Source: a virus
Taxonomy: Duplodnaviria > Caudoviricetes
DNA: 60,935 nucleotides
Reading direction: 5' to 3' (one strand)
Virus record (IMG/VR): IMGVR_UViG_3300018420_000018
Location: 1 to 60,935 of that record
Both the position numbers and the translations under genes were made by a program. Shown here one piece after another: positions 38,429 through 48,878 of this stretch. How positions within the stretch are numbered: the first letter of the stretch is position 1; the number at the start of each line of letters is the position of its first letter. The notes under the pieces are model-generated. The model made no database searches and was not told where the DNA came from. It saw nothing but the letters and a program-made list of their open reading frames with translations.

Positions 38429-39892
38429 TTACATTTCAATAATTAATTTGATGTCTTCTATTTGGTCTGCAGCTCTAGTCACAGCACCTCTGTTTTCAAT
38501 GTAGAGGATATTACCTGTAAATCTTTCAACTTCAGGGAATGCAGAATCCAATGAATCTGCATTACCAATTACTGCACCATTCTTATAAACAGTATCATCT
38601 TGTGCAAAGTTTACATATCCACCTTCACTATTTGCGATTGGTTGGTGTGATACAACTGAACCGTTGATAGATACTATTCTTGATACTGCAACTCCACTAC
38701 CGTCTGAAGATGCATTTAGAATGATATCGTCTACTGATAAACCTGATACACTTGATAAAGTCATTTTATAGTATGCACCAAGTGTAGTTGCAGTTGCAAC
38801 TGTTGTTGTTCCTGCAGTGAAAGGGTCTTGTAATAGACCGATTCTTCTGAAATCGTTATCTGTTGGGAAGTCACCTGAACCTTCGTTGAACTCAAATCTT
38901 GAGTTTACGATGATATAGTTTCCACCTAGTTCTTCAACTGGGTCTGCACCATGTCCGTTCATAGGTGAAATGATTGGTGTTAATACTGCACTTGAACCAC
39001 TTCCAATTCCTGATATACTTGCAACGTCAATAGATGCACGGTTATAACCTGAACCATATGCACTTGTAGTCACTGCAACAGAAGTAATTGCACCACCAGC
39101 ACCAACAGTCACTGAACAAGTTGCACTTGAACCGTCACCATCGATAGGTACTGCAGTATATGTTCCAGGCGTATAACCTGAACCACCGTTATCTACTCTT
39201 ACGTGGTAGATTGCACCTGCAGTTGCAGAGTTTTCTACATCCCACAATGAAGATGAATCGTTATCTGCACTTGAACCTAACTGACCGTTAGTTCCAGTAC
39301 CTGCAACAGCAGTTTTTGCACCCAATGTTTTAACTGGGATAAAGTCTGAGGTGACGTATTTAATAGTATCTGCAGCTGATACAGTGTACATGTATTTCCA
39401 AATATATCCTTGAGCAGCACCAGTGTCTGAGGTATACACTAGGTCTGTTGCACTTGTTCCTGTTGGTTTAACAGTTGAAGCAACTGTTGCACCTGAAGAA
39501 TTTCTTCCAGTTCTGATACATTTATAAACATTATAGTCGTCTGTTAAGACAAAAAACTTTGAATCAAAAAGATTGTTTGCAGAAGTGCCTGGACTTGTAT
39601 TTGATGAACTATAATCATGTGCATATTCGTCATATGTAGTTCCTGTTGTCCAGTCATATCTTGTTAATGCATGAGAAACGTCTGCAGTAGACACTTTCTT
39701 CATAGAAAGCATGTCTGAAAATGCATCCATTTCCTCACTTGTTCCGTTTACAGGAACAGGTGGAGACGTATCATCCGTCCAAGGATGTGAACGTCCTATA
39801 AAAATATATGTTGATGAAGCGGATTCACCAAAGTCCTCTTTAAATTGTTTCGCATTGTGTGTTCGAAACTTTTCCGTTATAATTGCTGCCAT
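38429..39892 (-). CDS. gp8: Baseplate wedge protein
   Basis: MAAIIT.KFR, FIGR..PW, VYKCI, GYIWKYMY, GHG.D...ELG, NDFRRIGL, EDIKLIIE. Confidence 0.92.
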   Translation of the reverse strand: MAAIITEKFRTHNAKQFKEDFGESASSTYIFIGRSHPWTDDTSPPVPVNGTSEEMDAFSDMLSMKKVSTADVSHALTRYDWTTGTTYDEYAHDYSSSNTSPGTSANNLFDSKFFVLTDDYNVYKCIRTGRNSSGATVASTVKPTGTSATDLVYTSDTGAAQGYIWKYMYTVSAADTIKYVTSDFIPVKTLGAKTAVAGTGTNGQLGSSADNDSSSLWDVENSATAGAIYHVRVDNGGSGYTPGTYTAVPIDGDGSSATCSVTVGAGGAITSVAVTTSAYGSGYNRASIDVASISGIGSGSSAVLTPIISPMNGHGADPVEELGGNYIIVNSRFEFNEGSGDFPTDNDFRRIGLLQDPFTAGTTTVATATTLGAYYKMTLSSVSGLSVDDIILNASSDGSGVAVSRIVSINGSVVSHQPIANSEGGYVNFAQDDTVYKNGAVIGNADSLDSAFPEVERFTGNILYIENRGAVTRAADQIEDIKLIIEM

Positions 39893-39910
39893 TTTAAGTA
39901 TCTCCTCAGA

Positions 39911-39929
39911 TATTTATATACTATTTATA
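39911..39929 (-). promoter_or_regulatory. Tandem late promoters upstream of gp8
   Basis: Two TATAAATA boxes at 39911-39918 and 39922-39929; GGAG SD follows. Confidence 0.7.
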
Positions 39930-39932
39930 ACA

Positions 39933-42900
39933 TTATGCAGACTTTACGTATGCACTATATGTAATATTTGTTCTTTTTAACTCTCTTTTTTCAAATTCAG
40001 GAATGAATAGGTTAGGATAGTAATCATTTAAGTCACTGACTCGTAAACCTTCGGGTTCGGATTCCTCACTTAAGATATTTCCATAACCATCTTCCATTAA
40101 AATATCGTCCTCATCAGTCTCGTCTTTGAGATAATATGATATTTTATAGGTTCTTTGACCTGTAATTGTATTTAGGGATTTGAAATTTGTTCCAAAAGAT
40201 GCAAAAGTTGTTGGAGGAACAGAAGAATCAGAAGATTGTTCGTCAATCATTGCACTATTATCTTCAAATACAATTCTATTCCCATCTTCAAACAATGTAT
40301 ACTTGTCATTTAAGTCGGGATTTCTCTCTGATACAAAGTATTGCACTTCTTCTGTAGTTGTTGCAGTCTCTAATCTTATCAAAGTCTCTCCGTCTTCAGA
40401 TATTATTCTATCTCCTACTTCACCTTTTACTTCTGCATGTACTCTTTCTTCAAATCTCATGATACATGCTTCTTCTTCAAGTTCTATTCGACTTCCGTCT
40501 TCCATAATTAGAATTTCTTCAGTTGGTTGATACAAATCTTGTATCTTTCCTTGGTCTGCTGCCACAAACTTTCTATTTTGGTAGTCTAATGTAATCTGAT
40601 TATCCATTAAATTAATTGAACCTACAGAACGAATAACACCTCTTACATTGTCCGTCCTTACTGAAGGAATTGATTTGTTGACAATTTTCAGAATGTTCAT
40701 GTGTCGGTTTCTCATTTTTGAGTCACCGTATTCTGTATCGGGTTCTGTAATTGAACCACCAGTTCTAGGGTCTGTATTATATGTTGGTTGACCCGCTTCA
40801 TCCAATGTTAATAGACCAATACCACCTTCAGGCCCCGTTGCAGTCATATCTGCATGGAGTAAGTATGTTCTTAATGAGTTTGCGAATGCATTCGATACAG
40901 AAAGAACAGGTTCCATTACCATAATAATTGTTGGTTGGAATTTTGAAGTTCTTGTTTGACCACTAATTGAATTTTCTAGTGCAACCTCACCAAAGAATAT
41001 GTGTCCTGCAGGGTGCAATAAGTCCTTGACAACTGACCTATATTTGTTTATACTTTCACCAACTTTAATTACGTATGAGTGTGTTTGGTAATATCTACTA
41101 TCTTGTAAATTAGATGCAGCTGCGTTTACGTGTCCTTTGTCGGTCACAAATTGTTCTTGTATAATACCTTCACCACCAAACTTACCTCTTGCGTTATAAG
41201 GATTAGACCTTAATATAGTAAACTGGTCGGTGTTTTGGTAAGTGACAACTTCGTCTATTAAGAAGTGTCCATCTAAATTTGTATATTTTAATATGTGTCT
41301 ATCTGCATCATAGTCAACTACTTCTGCAGTTGTTCCTGATGCTTGACCTGTAATTACAACACCTTTGTTTAATGTATTTGTTGGTGTGGTAATTAACATA
41401 GGGAATACAGAAGAGTTTGATACAACTGAATCTGAAGTGTAGTCCCTACCTTGTTCTATAATGTTAATTGATTTTACACCACCTATCTCGTCTGAGAAAC
41501 AGAATATTTTACCACCTGTTCCACTCGATACACTTACTTGTGTGTTTGCACGTGCAGTAAGAGATGTACCACCATTAATTGTTTCACCGTTTTGGAATGC
41601 ACCTGTATCGGTTGATAGTCTTTTAACAACTAGTCTTTTCTTGTCTTTTTCTATACGTACAATAGTTGCAGTTGCATTTGATATACCACCAGTCACAACT
41701 TCATCTTCTACGAAACCAGTAAGGTCATTAAAATAGATATATCCGCCTGGGAATGCAGTTGGTACTGATTGATAACCTGCACCACCACTTAATATCTTTA
41801 TACTTCTAATATTACCAACGGTAGTCTCTAAGTTTATCTCTTCTCCACTTTCATATAACAACTGATTAAACTCAGTATACATGTCAACTCTCTGACCAGC
41901 AGTAAGTGGAGTTGAAAATGTGACTCTATCGTTTTTATGTGAATAGTCGTGTGTAGTGTAAGAAGTATTTGGTGTTTGTAATACGTCATCAACAAATACT
42001 TTAAGTGTGTTATCATTAAATATAATTAGATTGCCATTATCATCTCTAACACCTGGCCCACCTACTAAAGTTTGACCTGCAGTTGCAGTGACTTCATAGT
42101 GTCCAAATGTAGAACCACCTTCGAGTAATACTTCATCTCCTACTGAACCGATTACGGCTTCTGCACCACCACCTTGTGTACCTGCATTTTCAAATACAAT
42201 TAGGTCTCCACCTTCATAGTCTTGACCACCTTCTTCAATGTAGATATGTGTAATACCACCCTTAGATAAACCGTCAACTCTTGCTTGACATTCTGATGCA
42301 TCCGTGTTATTCTTACTACCTGAGAATAGAATCTTATCGTTAAAAGAGTATAATGAACCTAGTGAAGATTCTTCTAACAATAAACCACCATCAAAAGTAG
42401 ATTCTGTATTTGATTGAGTTCCATCATAGGTACCATCATATACTGCTGGTTGACCTGATTCTAAAAGAATGTCTCCACTATCATCATGCGATATATAAGT
42501 TGATGATGATTCGTCTGATACATTATTCACCACACCTATAACGGTTCCTGTATATTCTGTTAAACCATCACGGTCTATAAATGTGACCGTAGAACCTTGT
42601 GTAAATTCACCTATGTGATTGTCTGTAATCTCGATTGAATACTTTCTATCTTCAACAGAATCTACGAATACATTTTCTATTACTGATTCTGCTTCTACTA
42701 TTTTGGTTCCACTTGTATATTGTATTATTCTATCTGTTGCTTGTGGAGGTGCAGAGTTCACTTGAACTCTCATTCTTCTTACTTGACTATAATCAGATTC
42801 GTTAAGATAGATTGTTTCGTTATCGGGATATCTAATTGTTGCATCTTGACCGTACAACAATCTCATTAAGAACTGAACAGACTCTGCAGTTCCTTTTGTT

Positions 42901-43523
42901 TGATATAAATCTTTAATGTGTTTTATTGTTAACCTACGGTCAACAGTAGAACCTATGTCTAATGATGGTATAAAATCATTTTGGAAGTATTGTAAAAATT
43001 CTTCTGAGGTTCTATCGATATCAGAGTAGTCTAATAGTTTATTACTTGCAAGAACAGAGTTCTGTTTAAAGTTTCCGACTACACCTGATTGTTTTGATTC
43101 TCTACCAGTAATAGTTTCACCTTTTAAGAAACCATTCCCTGATATAGTATCGACATAAATTTTATCACCAACTACAATGTCTATTCTTGCAACTGATTTA
43201 GATTTACTACCAACAACAAATTCACCCTTTGTAAAAGGTGATGCATTCAGTGTTGGATTTAAAACTGATTGTTCTGTAATAATTTTAGATGATTCTGCAT
43301 TTGGAGAGAAGTCTGTCTCGGTTTCCAATAGTAGGTCACCGAGACCGTCTTCCAAACTTAAATTATCAAGAACTGATTGTGAAGATAATGTAATTATCTC
43401 CGACTCTAAGTATTCAAAATATGACTTAATGAATGCCTCAAGTGCAGGACTCTCCTCTCTTACAAATTCAGGTAAGAGATTTGGAAGTCTTGAACTTAGA
43501 CTATCAGTTGCATATTCCTTCAT
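39933..43523 (-). CDS. Baseplate wedge initiator, gp7-like
   Basis: LPEFVREE...F...YFEYLE, IK.LYQTKGT..S..FL.RLLY, LQDS.YYQ.HSYV, HPAG; lies between gp6 and gp8. Confidence 0.8.
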   Translation of the reverse strand: MKEYATDSLSSRLPNLLPEFVREESPALEAFIKSYFEYLESEIITLSSQSVLDNLSLEDGLGDLLLETETDFSPNAESSKIITEQSVLNPTLNASPFTKGEFVVGSKSKSVARIDIVVGDKIYVDTISGNGFLKGETITGRESKQSGVVGNFKQNSVLASNKLLDYSDIDRTSEEFLQYFQNDFIPSLDIGSTVDRRLTIKHIKDLYQTKGTAESVQFLMRLLYGQDATIRYPDNETIYLNESDYSQVRRMRVQVNSAPPQATDRIIQYTSGTKIVEAESVIENVFVDSVEDRKYSIEITDNHIGEFTQGSTVTFIDRDGLTEYTGTVIGVVNNVSDESSSTYISHDDSGDILLESGQPAVYDGTYDGTQSNTESTFDGGLLLEESSLGSLYSFNDKILFSGSKNNTDASECQARVDGLSKGGITHIYIEEGGQDYEGGDLIVFENAGTQGGGAEAVIGSVGDEVLLEGGSTFGHYEVTATAGQTLVGGPGVRDDNGNLIIFNDNTLKVFVDDVLQTPNTSYTTHDYSHKNDRVTFSTPLTAGQRVDMYTEFNQLLYESGEEINLETTVGNIRSIKILSGGAGYQSVPTAFPGGYIYFNDLTGFVEDEVVTGGISNATATIVRIEKDKKRLVVKRLSTDTGAFQNGETINGGTSLTARANTQVSVSSGTGGKIFCFSDEIGGVKSINIIEQGRDYTSDSVVSNSSVFPMLITTPTNTLNKGVVITGQASGTTAEVVDYDADRHILKYTNLDGHFLIDEVVTYQNTDQFTILRSNPYNARGKFGGEGIIQEQFVTDKGHVNAAASNLQDSRYYQTHSYVIKVGESINKYRSVVKDLLHPAGHIFFGEVALENSISGQTRTSKFQPTIIMVMEPVLSVSNAFANSLRTYLLHADMTATGPEGGIGLLTLDEAGQPTYNTDPRTGGSITEPDTEYGDSKMRNRHMNILKIVNKSIPSVRTDNVRGVIRSVGSINLMDNQITLDYQNRKFVAADQGKIQDLYQPTEEILIMEDGSRIELEEEACIMRFEERVHAEVKGEVGDRIISEDGETLIRLETATTTEEVQYFVSERNPDLNDKYTLFEDGNRIVFEDNSAMIDEQSSDSSVPPTTFASFGTNFKSLNTITGQRTYKISYYLKDETDEDDILMEDGYGNILSEESEPEGLRVSDLNDYYPNLFIPEFEKRELKRTNITYSAYVKSA

Positions 43524-43531
43524 CTTCTATC

Positions 43532-44005
43532 TTACTGTACTGTTGCACCGAAAACAGAAATTGGGTACCAGTTTGAACCGTCCCAAATACAAATCACAGC
43601 TTCACCTTGTGCATCTAGTACAATCTCAGTACCTGAAGTTGAAGAATAACCCCAACTTGTCACTTCGATATTTGCACTGTATGAACTTGCAGGTTCAGTT
43701 TTTGCATAAATGATTTTAATTTGACCAACATCTGTTCCGTCATCCAATGTAAATGAAACTGACCCAGTCCATGCAGAACCGTCAATCGCAGAAACGAATG
43801 ATGATGCAAGGTTTGATGCAGTTGCAGTTAATGTAGTAATATCGTTTACTGCTAAATGAGTAGGGATATTTTCAAACAACTGACCAATGGTCATTTTTTT
43901 ATTTACTGGTGTACCGCCAGGATTGTCAACGATATGCAATAAATCATCAGCACCGATTTCTGAATCTGATACTGCTGTTAAAGCACTAATTTTTTTATCT
44001 GCCAT
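43532..44005 (-). CDS. Small virion protein with MADKKISAL-type N-terminus
   Basis: KIS.L....D.L.IVD motif; C-terminal L.DGT..GQIK.I and WDGSNW; GGAG SD. Confidence 0.7.
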   Translation of the reverse strand: MADKKISALTAVSDSEIGADDLLHIVDNPGGTPVNKKMTIGQLFENIPTHLAVNDITTLTATASNLASSFVSAIDGSAWTGSVSFTLDDGTDVGQIKIIYAKTEPASSYSANIEVTSWGYSSTSGTEIVLDAQGEAVICIWDGSNWYPISVFGATVQ

Positions 44006-44076
44006 TTTTTTCTCCTATAAAATCCAAATAAATGGGAAACTACTCGGGGGACTCCCGACCACTTTCTTCATAACGA

Positions 44077-45948
44077 TTAATAACTACTGGAGGAGGTTGA
44101 TGTATAACCAACTCCAGCACTCGATTCACCACTTGCGATGGTGTCTATTTCACCTTTCACCGTAATAGATTGTTGGTCGATATCAACTAGATTACCTCTA
44201 GTTGCAACCACATCCAAACTATTAGGGATAACGGTAAAGTCAATCGTACTATCTACATTCACCACTGAGGTGAAGAAGATAGAGTTGATTGATATTTTTC
44301 CAGTTGCATAATCTACAGTACCTGCAGAATTATCCTGATAGATTCTTGTTGACCCTGAAAGGTAATATCTTCTTAGATTTCCTTCACCGTCATCATCGAA
44401 ATACTGAGTATTTACTGAATCTCCTGAAACTTTGAAACCAGTGGTGACTATAATACCACCACCCATTTTATTATGACCTACGTGAGGGTTGAAGAGTCCG
44501 TTTCCAAACTCAACAGTCACACCTCTTGCAGTGTCTGTAAAAACTTTTTGTGATTTTTTCAATCTTATGTTTGTTGTGTTAGATAAGATTGCATCGTTTG
44601 ATTCATCTATAGTCTTAATTAGATTTGAATGTCTAAAGATAGAATCAAAATTACTTAAATTCTGATTATCAAAAGTATTAATTGCATTAATTACAACTGT
44701 TTCTAATTCACCTTGTGATAAAGTTGTTGCGTTTGCATTGTATTTAAATGTTGAAGATATAAGTATCTTAATAATTTCGGGGTCGACAATAGTTGGTCTT
44801 ACTGTTAACATGTTCAATGCATTTAGTTTTCTGACCACTTCTTTCTTTTCTGTATCGGATAAGTAATCAGAGTTTTTAGGTTTAAGTGCAACAAAGATTT
44901 TACCATACTCAGGTGGGTTGTTATCTTCACCACCCCACACTGCAACTGCATCTGCATTTGGATAATATTCTGATACTTTTGCTTTATAGTCGTTGAGTGT
45001 CACAAGTCTGTTTTGTGAAGTATAGAATTTGTTTGCTTTAAATTTGATAGACTCTATCGATTCTTTTTCTGCACCACCTTGTGCAATTGAGGTTGCAACT
45101 GTTTGAACATTTGAAAAACCATTAATTGCATTAATCATTGCAAAGGTTCTAGCACCATTTGCATGAGTTGGGTCTACTACGATATATGTGACTGTAATAA
45201 TATCACCGTCTAATAATTGTTGACCTAATACACCATCACCAAAATAGATTTCTCTAAACCCGTCTTCGTTCTCTTGTTCATAAAACACTTTAGATGTTGT
45301 TGTGATATTAGATATGTTAGTGGACAATGCATAAGTTGAAGTCACCCCATTTGAATTTACAGAGACTTGTATTCTAGATTTGTCTACTCTTTTGTTAGTG
45401 AGTACAAACTTCGGATTAGGAAGTTGTGTATCATAAACAAAAGTATCTGATGCATAAGTACCTTGTACTAATTGTACGTTGTTATAAATGTATGTGTCTC
45501 CACTTTGTGTTGGTTTGATTGTTGTTGGAACTATGAAATCGTATGTAGTCCCATCAAAAGTAGATTGAAATAGTGAACCTCTGTTTAATGACATTTCAAC
45601 TGTTGTTGGATAAGTGTCATCAGGATTTTTTACACCACTAAGTGTAATATCTACAATTGCAGTTGCACCTGTTTCTGATTGAGGAACAAACCCTAAATCT
45701 TTTGCACGGGAAACAACGTTCTTTCTAATTTGTGCAGAGTCTAAGAATAACTCTGAAGCTGCAATGTTTGTGTTCACTGCACCTATGTGTGATGCATATG
45801 CAAGTAAGTCTACCAATATGGACATAGAAGAACCATCAAAGTCATAGTCCTTAAATTGGTCTTGTCCTTTTAGATAATTTCTAAGATTTAAAGAAATATC
45901 CTCAAAATCTAAATCTGTAATATTTAATTGTGAACTTTTAACTGCCAT
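44077..45948 (-). CDS. gp6: Baseplate wedge protein
   Basis: LDFE.I..NL..YL..Q..F.DYDF.GS, FLDSAQIR, QNRLVT..DY, WGGE...PP.YGK.F. Confidence 0.95.
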   Translation of the reverse strand: MAVKSSQLNITDLDFEDISLNLRNYLKGQDQFKDYDFDGSSMSILVDLLAYASHIGAVNTNIAASELFLDSAQIRKNVVSRAKDLGFVPQSETGATAIVDITLSGVKNPDDTYPTTVEMSLNRGSLFQSTFDGTTYDFIVPTTIKPTQSGDTYIYNNVQLVQGTYASDTFVYDTQLPNPKFVLTNKRVDKSRIQVSVNSNGVTSTYALSTNISNITTTSKVFYEQENEDGFREIYFGDGVLGQQLLDGDIITVTYIVVDPTHANGARTFAMINAINGFSNVQTVATSIAQGGAEKESIESIKFKANKFYTSQNRLVTLNDYKAKVSEYYPNADAVAVWGGEDNNPPEYGKIFVALKPKNSDYLSDTEKKEVVRKLNALNMLTVRPTIVDPEIIKILISSTFKYNANATTLSQGELETVVINAINTFDNQNLSNFDSIFRHSNLIKTIDESNDAILSNTTNIRLKKSQKVFTDTARGVTVEFGNGLFNPHVGHNKMGGGIIVTTGFKVSGDSVNTQYFDDDGEGNLRRYYLSGSTRIYQDNSAGTVDYATGKISINSIFFTSVVNVDSTIDFTVIPNSLDVVATRGNLVDIDQQSITVKGEIDTIASGESSAGVGYTSTSSSSY

Positions 45949-46367
45949 TATCGTGTCCTTGTAAGTACATATTCTAATTCTTCTGTTTCTAAACTGTTTA
46001 TAACTTTAAAACTTATCTGCATACTCAGTTCATTACGATTCACTTCGTTTAATACTACCTTTACATTTCTTACTCTAGGTTCGTGAATTTCTATCTGACG
46101 TGCAATATCATTTGCAACACGTCCTTTTCCGAATACAGATGTATCCAATTCAAACAATTTATTTCTTAAATTTACACCAAAATTGGGTTTAAATGGTCTC
46201 TCGTATGAATTAGTAGAGACTATATTTCTTACTGACCTTTTTACTGCATCTACATCAGTCTTTCTTGTAATATCACCCGTGATTGGATGTGGTGTAAATG
46301 AAAGATTCAAATCTGAATAGATATTTTCAGAGGAAACTGTTTTTCCGTTGTTTACATATTCGGTCAT
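45948..46367 (-). CDS. gp25: Baseplate wedge subunit
   Basis: YSDLNL.F..HP.TGD, AVKRSVRN.V.T..YERPF.P.FG, EPRV. Confidence 0.93.
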   Translation of the reverse strand: MTEYVNNGKTVSSENIYSDLNLSFTPHPITGDITRKTDVDAVKRSVRNIVSTNSYERPFKPNFGVNLRNKLFELDTSVFGKGRVANDIARQIEIHEPRVRNVKVVLNEVNRNELSMQISFKVINSLETEELEYVLTRTR

Positions 46368-46372
46368 AATAC

Positions 46373-46380
46373 TATTTATA
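46373..46380 (-). promoter_or_regulatory. Late promoter 5 nt before gp25 ATG
   Basis: TATAAATA-GTATT-ATG. Confidence 0.75.
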
Positions 46381-46398
46381 CAGTTGTAAGAACTGTAA

Positions 46399-47865
46399 TT
46401 ACCTAATTACTGAAATTAATGCACCTTGTTCAGGAGTGTTTCTAAATCTTACCTGTCCGTCCATAAAAAATACTTGTCCAAACCCTGCAAAGACTGTTTG
46501 TCTGACTCCGTCTTTAAATACATACACATCTCCACTACCACTTGGGAGATTGAATCTATCTGTATTACCGTCTGCAGTGTAAACTGCAAGTCCGTCATCG
46601 TTTCCTTCGTCTGTTGCACTGATATAATTTGACTGACCACCCTCTCTAAGTGTTGCAGAGTCTATTTCCTGTAATCTATTTGATATATCGTTATTGGGTA
46701 ATACACTTTCAACAGTCATGACACCTGCAATTGTTGGTATCGCAGGAATAGAAGGAGGGAATCCTAATAGTTTTAAGAAATCGCAAAATGTAAAGAACAA
46801 CCATTTGAATATACTACCTAAACCAATTGCACTAAAGAACTTCTTCACAATCTTTACCCAATCAAAGAGTAATTTCTTCTGCCAGTTTTGCATGAAGTCT
46901 TCAAATGCAAGTTTGATTTCTGCAATTTTTTGTTCTAACATTTCAACAGTAGTATCAATTTTACCACCAATGATTGAAACTATATTAAATCCAAATACTG
47001 ATATCTTATCTAATGCTTCACCAATTTTTTCACTAATTTTTTCGTACTCTTCTATTAGTTTTTCTCTTGCAAGTTGTGTGAGACTTGTATCTTTTAATTT
47101 TTCTAAGATTTCACGTCTCTTTTCCATAAAACCCTGTATTGCATTGTTGATAAGTGTTGCAATATCAGGCATAGTTAATAAACCCACAAGACTTGGTAAA
47201 CCCAATAAGTCCCATATCTCGTCAAAAATATCAATCAGTTTTCCAAACACTGCATGAAGTGTATTGTTTAGATACTTAGATATTTCTGTTTTGATATATG
47301 ACCAAGTTAATTTTGCTTTCCACTCATTACATAATATACCAAACTCTTCATTCCAACCTTTAATTTTATTTGGAACAAGATTAAAAAAGTAATCAATCCT
47401 TTCTGCAATTTGAGCTCTTATTTCTGATTGATATGTTGGGTCAAAGATTCTAATAATGTTAATTGCAAGACCACCAAACTTAAATATCAAATCTATTGGA
47501 ACTAATTTCATTATGAGTTCTGCAATCTTTGTTGGTATGTAAGTGTGAAACTCTTTTATGATTTCATCGAATGCATCTGCGGCTTCTTTTTGCCATTCTC
47601 GTATTTTTCCTGCACTCCAATAAGGACTGAGAAGTTTTTGAACTTTGTCTATAAAGTCTTCGACCTTTTCTATGACTGCATTTATTTCATCAATTACATC
47701 TTGTGCAAGTTCTTTTCCATGTTGCACTAGATACACTCTAAGTTTACTTGGAATTTGTGCAATCTTATTAAATGCATTTACCAATTCTTCTTTTGTTGGT
47801 AAAGAAAAGATAGTATCAGGTGGACACCCGAATGCAGTTGGAGTTTGTACTGTAAATCCTGCCAT
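46399..47865 (-). CDS. Hypothetical amphipathic-helical protein downstream of gp5
   Basis: 488-aa ORF coupled to the gp5 stop; Trp/Phe/Ile-rich helices; small C-terminal beta domain. Confidence 0.7.
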   Translation of the reverse strand: MAGFTVQTPTAFGCPPDTIFSLPTKEELVNAFNKIAQIPSKLRVYLVQHGKELAQDVIDEINAVIEKVEDFIDKVQKLLSPYWSAGKIREWQKEAADAFDEIIKEFHTYIPTKIAELIMKLVPIDLIFKFGGLAINIIRIFDPTYQSEIRAQIAERIDYFFNLVPNKIKGWNEEFGILCNEWKAKLTWSYIKTEISKYLNNTLHAVFGKLIDIFDEIWDLLGLPSLVGLLTMPDIATLINNAIQGFMEKRREILEKLKDTSLTQLAREKLIEEYEKISEKIGEALDKISVFGFNIVSIIGGKIDTTVEMLEQKIAEIKLAFEDFMQNWQKKLLFDWVKIVKKFFSAIGLGSIFKWLFFTFCDFLKLLGFPPSIPAIPTIAGVMTVESVLPNNDISNRLQEIDSATLREGGQSNYISATDEGNDDGLAVYTADGNTDRFNLPSGSGDVYVFKDGVRQTVFAGFGQVFFMDGQVRFRNTPEQGALISVIR

Positions 47866-48878
47866 TATGAATTAAGTTTTATTACATTACCATATAATTT
47901 GATATTGGGTGCAGTAAATGTCATATCTTCTATAGATGTGACATTTGTTTTACCAGTCACATCCATTGTTGCATCTCCACCAACATCTATTTTTGCATCT
48001 CCAAGTATTTTTACATTGACCTTTCCACCAATGTAAACTTCATCATCTTTGCACACTATAGTATATCTATCGTTTACAATTCTACTTACTTGAGAACCAT
48101 CAGGATGAATTTCTGTAAATGTTCCTGACCTATGTTCAACTGCAATTCTTTCTGCATCTCTAGTATCATCAATTTCTATTACGTGACCTGATTCAGATTC
48201 TAAAACTTTGTTGTATGGATAAACTGGTTTTGCGTTTGACTTGATACCGTTTGCACTACTAGTGTCTCTCGAAGTGTAATCCTCTTCACCTCTTGCATAC
48301 TTTGATATATCTGATTCATCAACATAGAGAGGATAATGGGGTAAGTCTTTTTCAGTAAGTGTTGGGTTTGTGATAGTAGAACCTTTACCGTCATATTTTA
48401 TTTCTACTTTTTCAGGTTTAATAGGTGCAGTGTCTAAACCATGTTCCAATCCAAAAGGTCTTTTACCACCTGACTCGTCTGAGTTTTTACCATCGGGTGT
48501 TGAATTATATGCACCTGAAGATAATCGTCTAGGGTCATTAAAACCATCATCAGGCTTTCTATCTTTCAATTCATCTTTTTCATCCTCTAAATATCCCTTT
48601 GCAGGAATACCTGCAACTGACCCTAAGACAATAAAGTCTTGCATATCAGTTTCATCTCTAAAGAAACCTACGACTGTAGACCCCTCAACTAAACCGTGTT
48701 GTGTTCCAAATCCTGAAAGTCCTGCAGAGGTTGTAGGAAGAATCACTTGAGACCATGGAAGGTCGGGTGTTGCAATTAGTGATTTATTTTCTGTATGTAA
48801 ACCATGAATACGAACTCTTACTCTTCCTATTTCAAGAGGGTCATTTCTATCTTCAACTATTCCGTAATAATGTATCAT
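47865..48878 (-). CDS. gp5: Baseplate central spike, lysozyme-less
   Basis: GIVEDRNDPL..GRVRVRI.G.H, LPWS (OB fold); YPYNKV.ESESGH..EIDDT...ERI...HRSGT; short beta-helix. Confidence 0.9.
   Translation of the reverse strand: MIHYYGIVEDRNDPLEIGRVRVRIHGLHTENKSLIATPDLPWSQVILPTTSAGLSGFGTQHGLVEGSTVVGFFRDETDMQDFIVLGSVAGIPAKGYLEDEKDELKDRKPDDGFNDPRRLSSGAYNSTPDGKNSDESGGKRPFGLEHGLDTAPIKPEKVEIKYDGKGSTITNPTLTEKDLPHYPLYVDESDISKYARGEEDYTSRDTSSANGIKSNAKPVYPYNKVLESESGHVIEIDDTRDAERIAVEHRSGTFTEIHPDGSQVSRIVNDRYTIVCKDDEVYIGGKVNVKILGDAKIDVGGDATMDVTGKTNVTSIEDMTFTAPNIKLYGNVIKLNS

Noticed and set aside
44044-44058. TCGGG-GGACT-CCCGA hairpin after gp6 as a terminator
   Set aside because: Short stem without an adjacent U tract; function cannot be assigned.
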